Assembly (NCBI GenBank): GCA_937944105.1
Contig: CALDZP010000033.1
Location: 2,034-66,033, forward strand
DNA length: 64,000 bases
Source of the DNA: an uncultured Ignavibacteria bacterium
Lineage (GTDB): Bacteria; Bacteroidota; Ignavibacteria; Ch128b
Reading direction: 5' to 3'
Below, piece after piece: positions 63,149 through 64,000 of the stretch. The translations under genes were made by a program, and so were the position numbers. The notes beneath the pieces were generated by a model, which worked only from the letters and a program-made list of their open reading frames with translations, did not search any database and was not told where the DNA came from. Position 1 is the first letter of the stretch. The number at the start of each line of letters is the position of its first letter.

Positions 63149-64000
63149 TCATTTTGTATCTAAATCAGAAACAGAGTCAGCACCTTCAGGCATTGGAAGA
63201 TAAAATTTTACCGGCCTAACAGTTCCATCTTTTTTTAGAACTCTTTCTACTCTCTTTTTAATTAAAACGCTATGTTCAATGTGAACATCATCTTCTACAA
63301 TGGTTCCAAACAAATAACTTGTACCTTTAATTAAAACATTTTTTCCAATTCTCAGCGGGTATTCATCACTGCCTGTCATATTTACACTTGATTCAATTCT
63401 CGAATTTTCACCAATTATAATATTACCTTTAATTATATCTCCCCAGAGGATTTCTACATTATCACCAATGATAAATTTTTGATGTGGAAAAGTTGACAGC
63501 AAGGCATTTTCCCAGATTTTAACATTCTTTCCAAAAATTACATTACCATCAACAAAAACATTTTTTTTGAGTTCAACTCCATAATTGAGTTTGACATTTT
63601 TACCAATGTGAACTCCTTTCCCAATTTTTATGTCAAGTGGAATCCCGGCTTTATCCATTTCCAAAATTTGATCAATAACTTCATCAGCAATAAAGAAATC
63701 ATCGGGATCATCAATTTCAATAATGTCTTTTAATTTATCATAAGCTTTCTGACGGGCAATTGCTTCCATTTCTTTCAAAACACTTTTAACATTAAAACCA
63801 AGAACAACACTTTGATCATCTGGTGAAGTTGCTTTTACTTTATATCCATATTTATTAAAAATTGAGATCAAATCAGTTATATAAATTTCTCCCTGAACAT
63901 TATCACTTGTAATTTCATGAATATGTTTTTTAAGAACATCGTATTTAACTGCATAGACACCAGCGTTAAATTCCGGGATTTTTAATAATTCATCTTTGGT
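63149..64000 (-). CDS. GlmU-like nucleotidyltransferase with hexapeptide repeats (5'-truncated by window edge)
   Basis: Frame is open to 64000: EFNAGVY...NVQGEIYITDLI...VLGFN, matching GlmU EINTG/NAQGEYYITD/GVN, followed by IGxNV hexapeptide repeats. Confidence 0.75.
   Translation of the reverse strand, partial: TKDELLKIPEFNAGVYAVKYDVLKKHIHEITSDNVQGEIYITDLISIFNKYGYKVKATSPDDQSVVLGFNVKSVLKEMEAIARQKAYDKLKDIIEIDDPDDFFIADEVIDQILEMDKAGIPLDIKIGKGVHIGKNVKLNYGVELKKNVFVDGNVIFGKNVKIWENALLSTFPHQKFIIGDNVEILWGDIIKGNIIIGENSRIESSVNMTGSDEYPLRIGKNVLIKGTSYLFGTIVEDDVHIEHSVLIKKRVERVLKKDGTVRPVKFYLPMPEGADSVSDLDTK

Overview
AT-rich, densely coding bacterial chromosome segment. The Shine-Dalgarno motifs, TTGACA-type promoter, T9SS C-terminal domain, bshA-like gene, lnt and UpxY point to Ignavibacteriota or a relative; this is an inference. 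Most genes are housekeeping: acs, queG, trxB, slyD, era, ispF, lnt, ltaE, purL, gpmA, hemW, recN and several peptidases. I saw no rRNA, tRNA, CRISPR array, integrase or transposase. The best candidate for a little-studied system is a compact HicA-like toxin / HicB antitoxin with a 59-aa C-terminal tail / SecB-like chaperone operon (toxin-antitoxin-chaperone, 10828-12103) with a 16-bp palindromic operator. Other points of interest: (1) a 1.57-kb ORF-free mosaic of several REP-like palindrome families; (2) an outer-membrane protein plus cytochrome c lipoprotein pair behind a Fur-like box; (3) a PLP enzyme-SsnA-xanthine dehydrogenase-family cluster; (4) a stand-alone UpxY; (5) a CcmE-like protein lacking the heme-ligand motif; (6) a sigma-like hypothetical protein next to a membrane protein plus NTPase pair. 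All family calls come from recognising motifs by eye, not from database searches.
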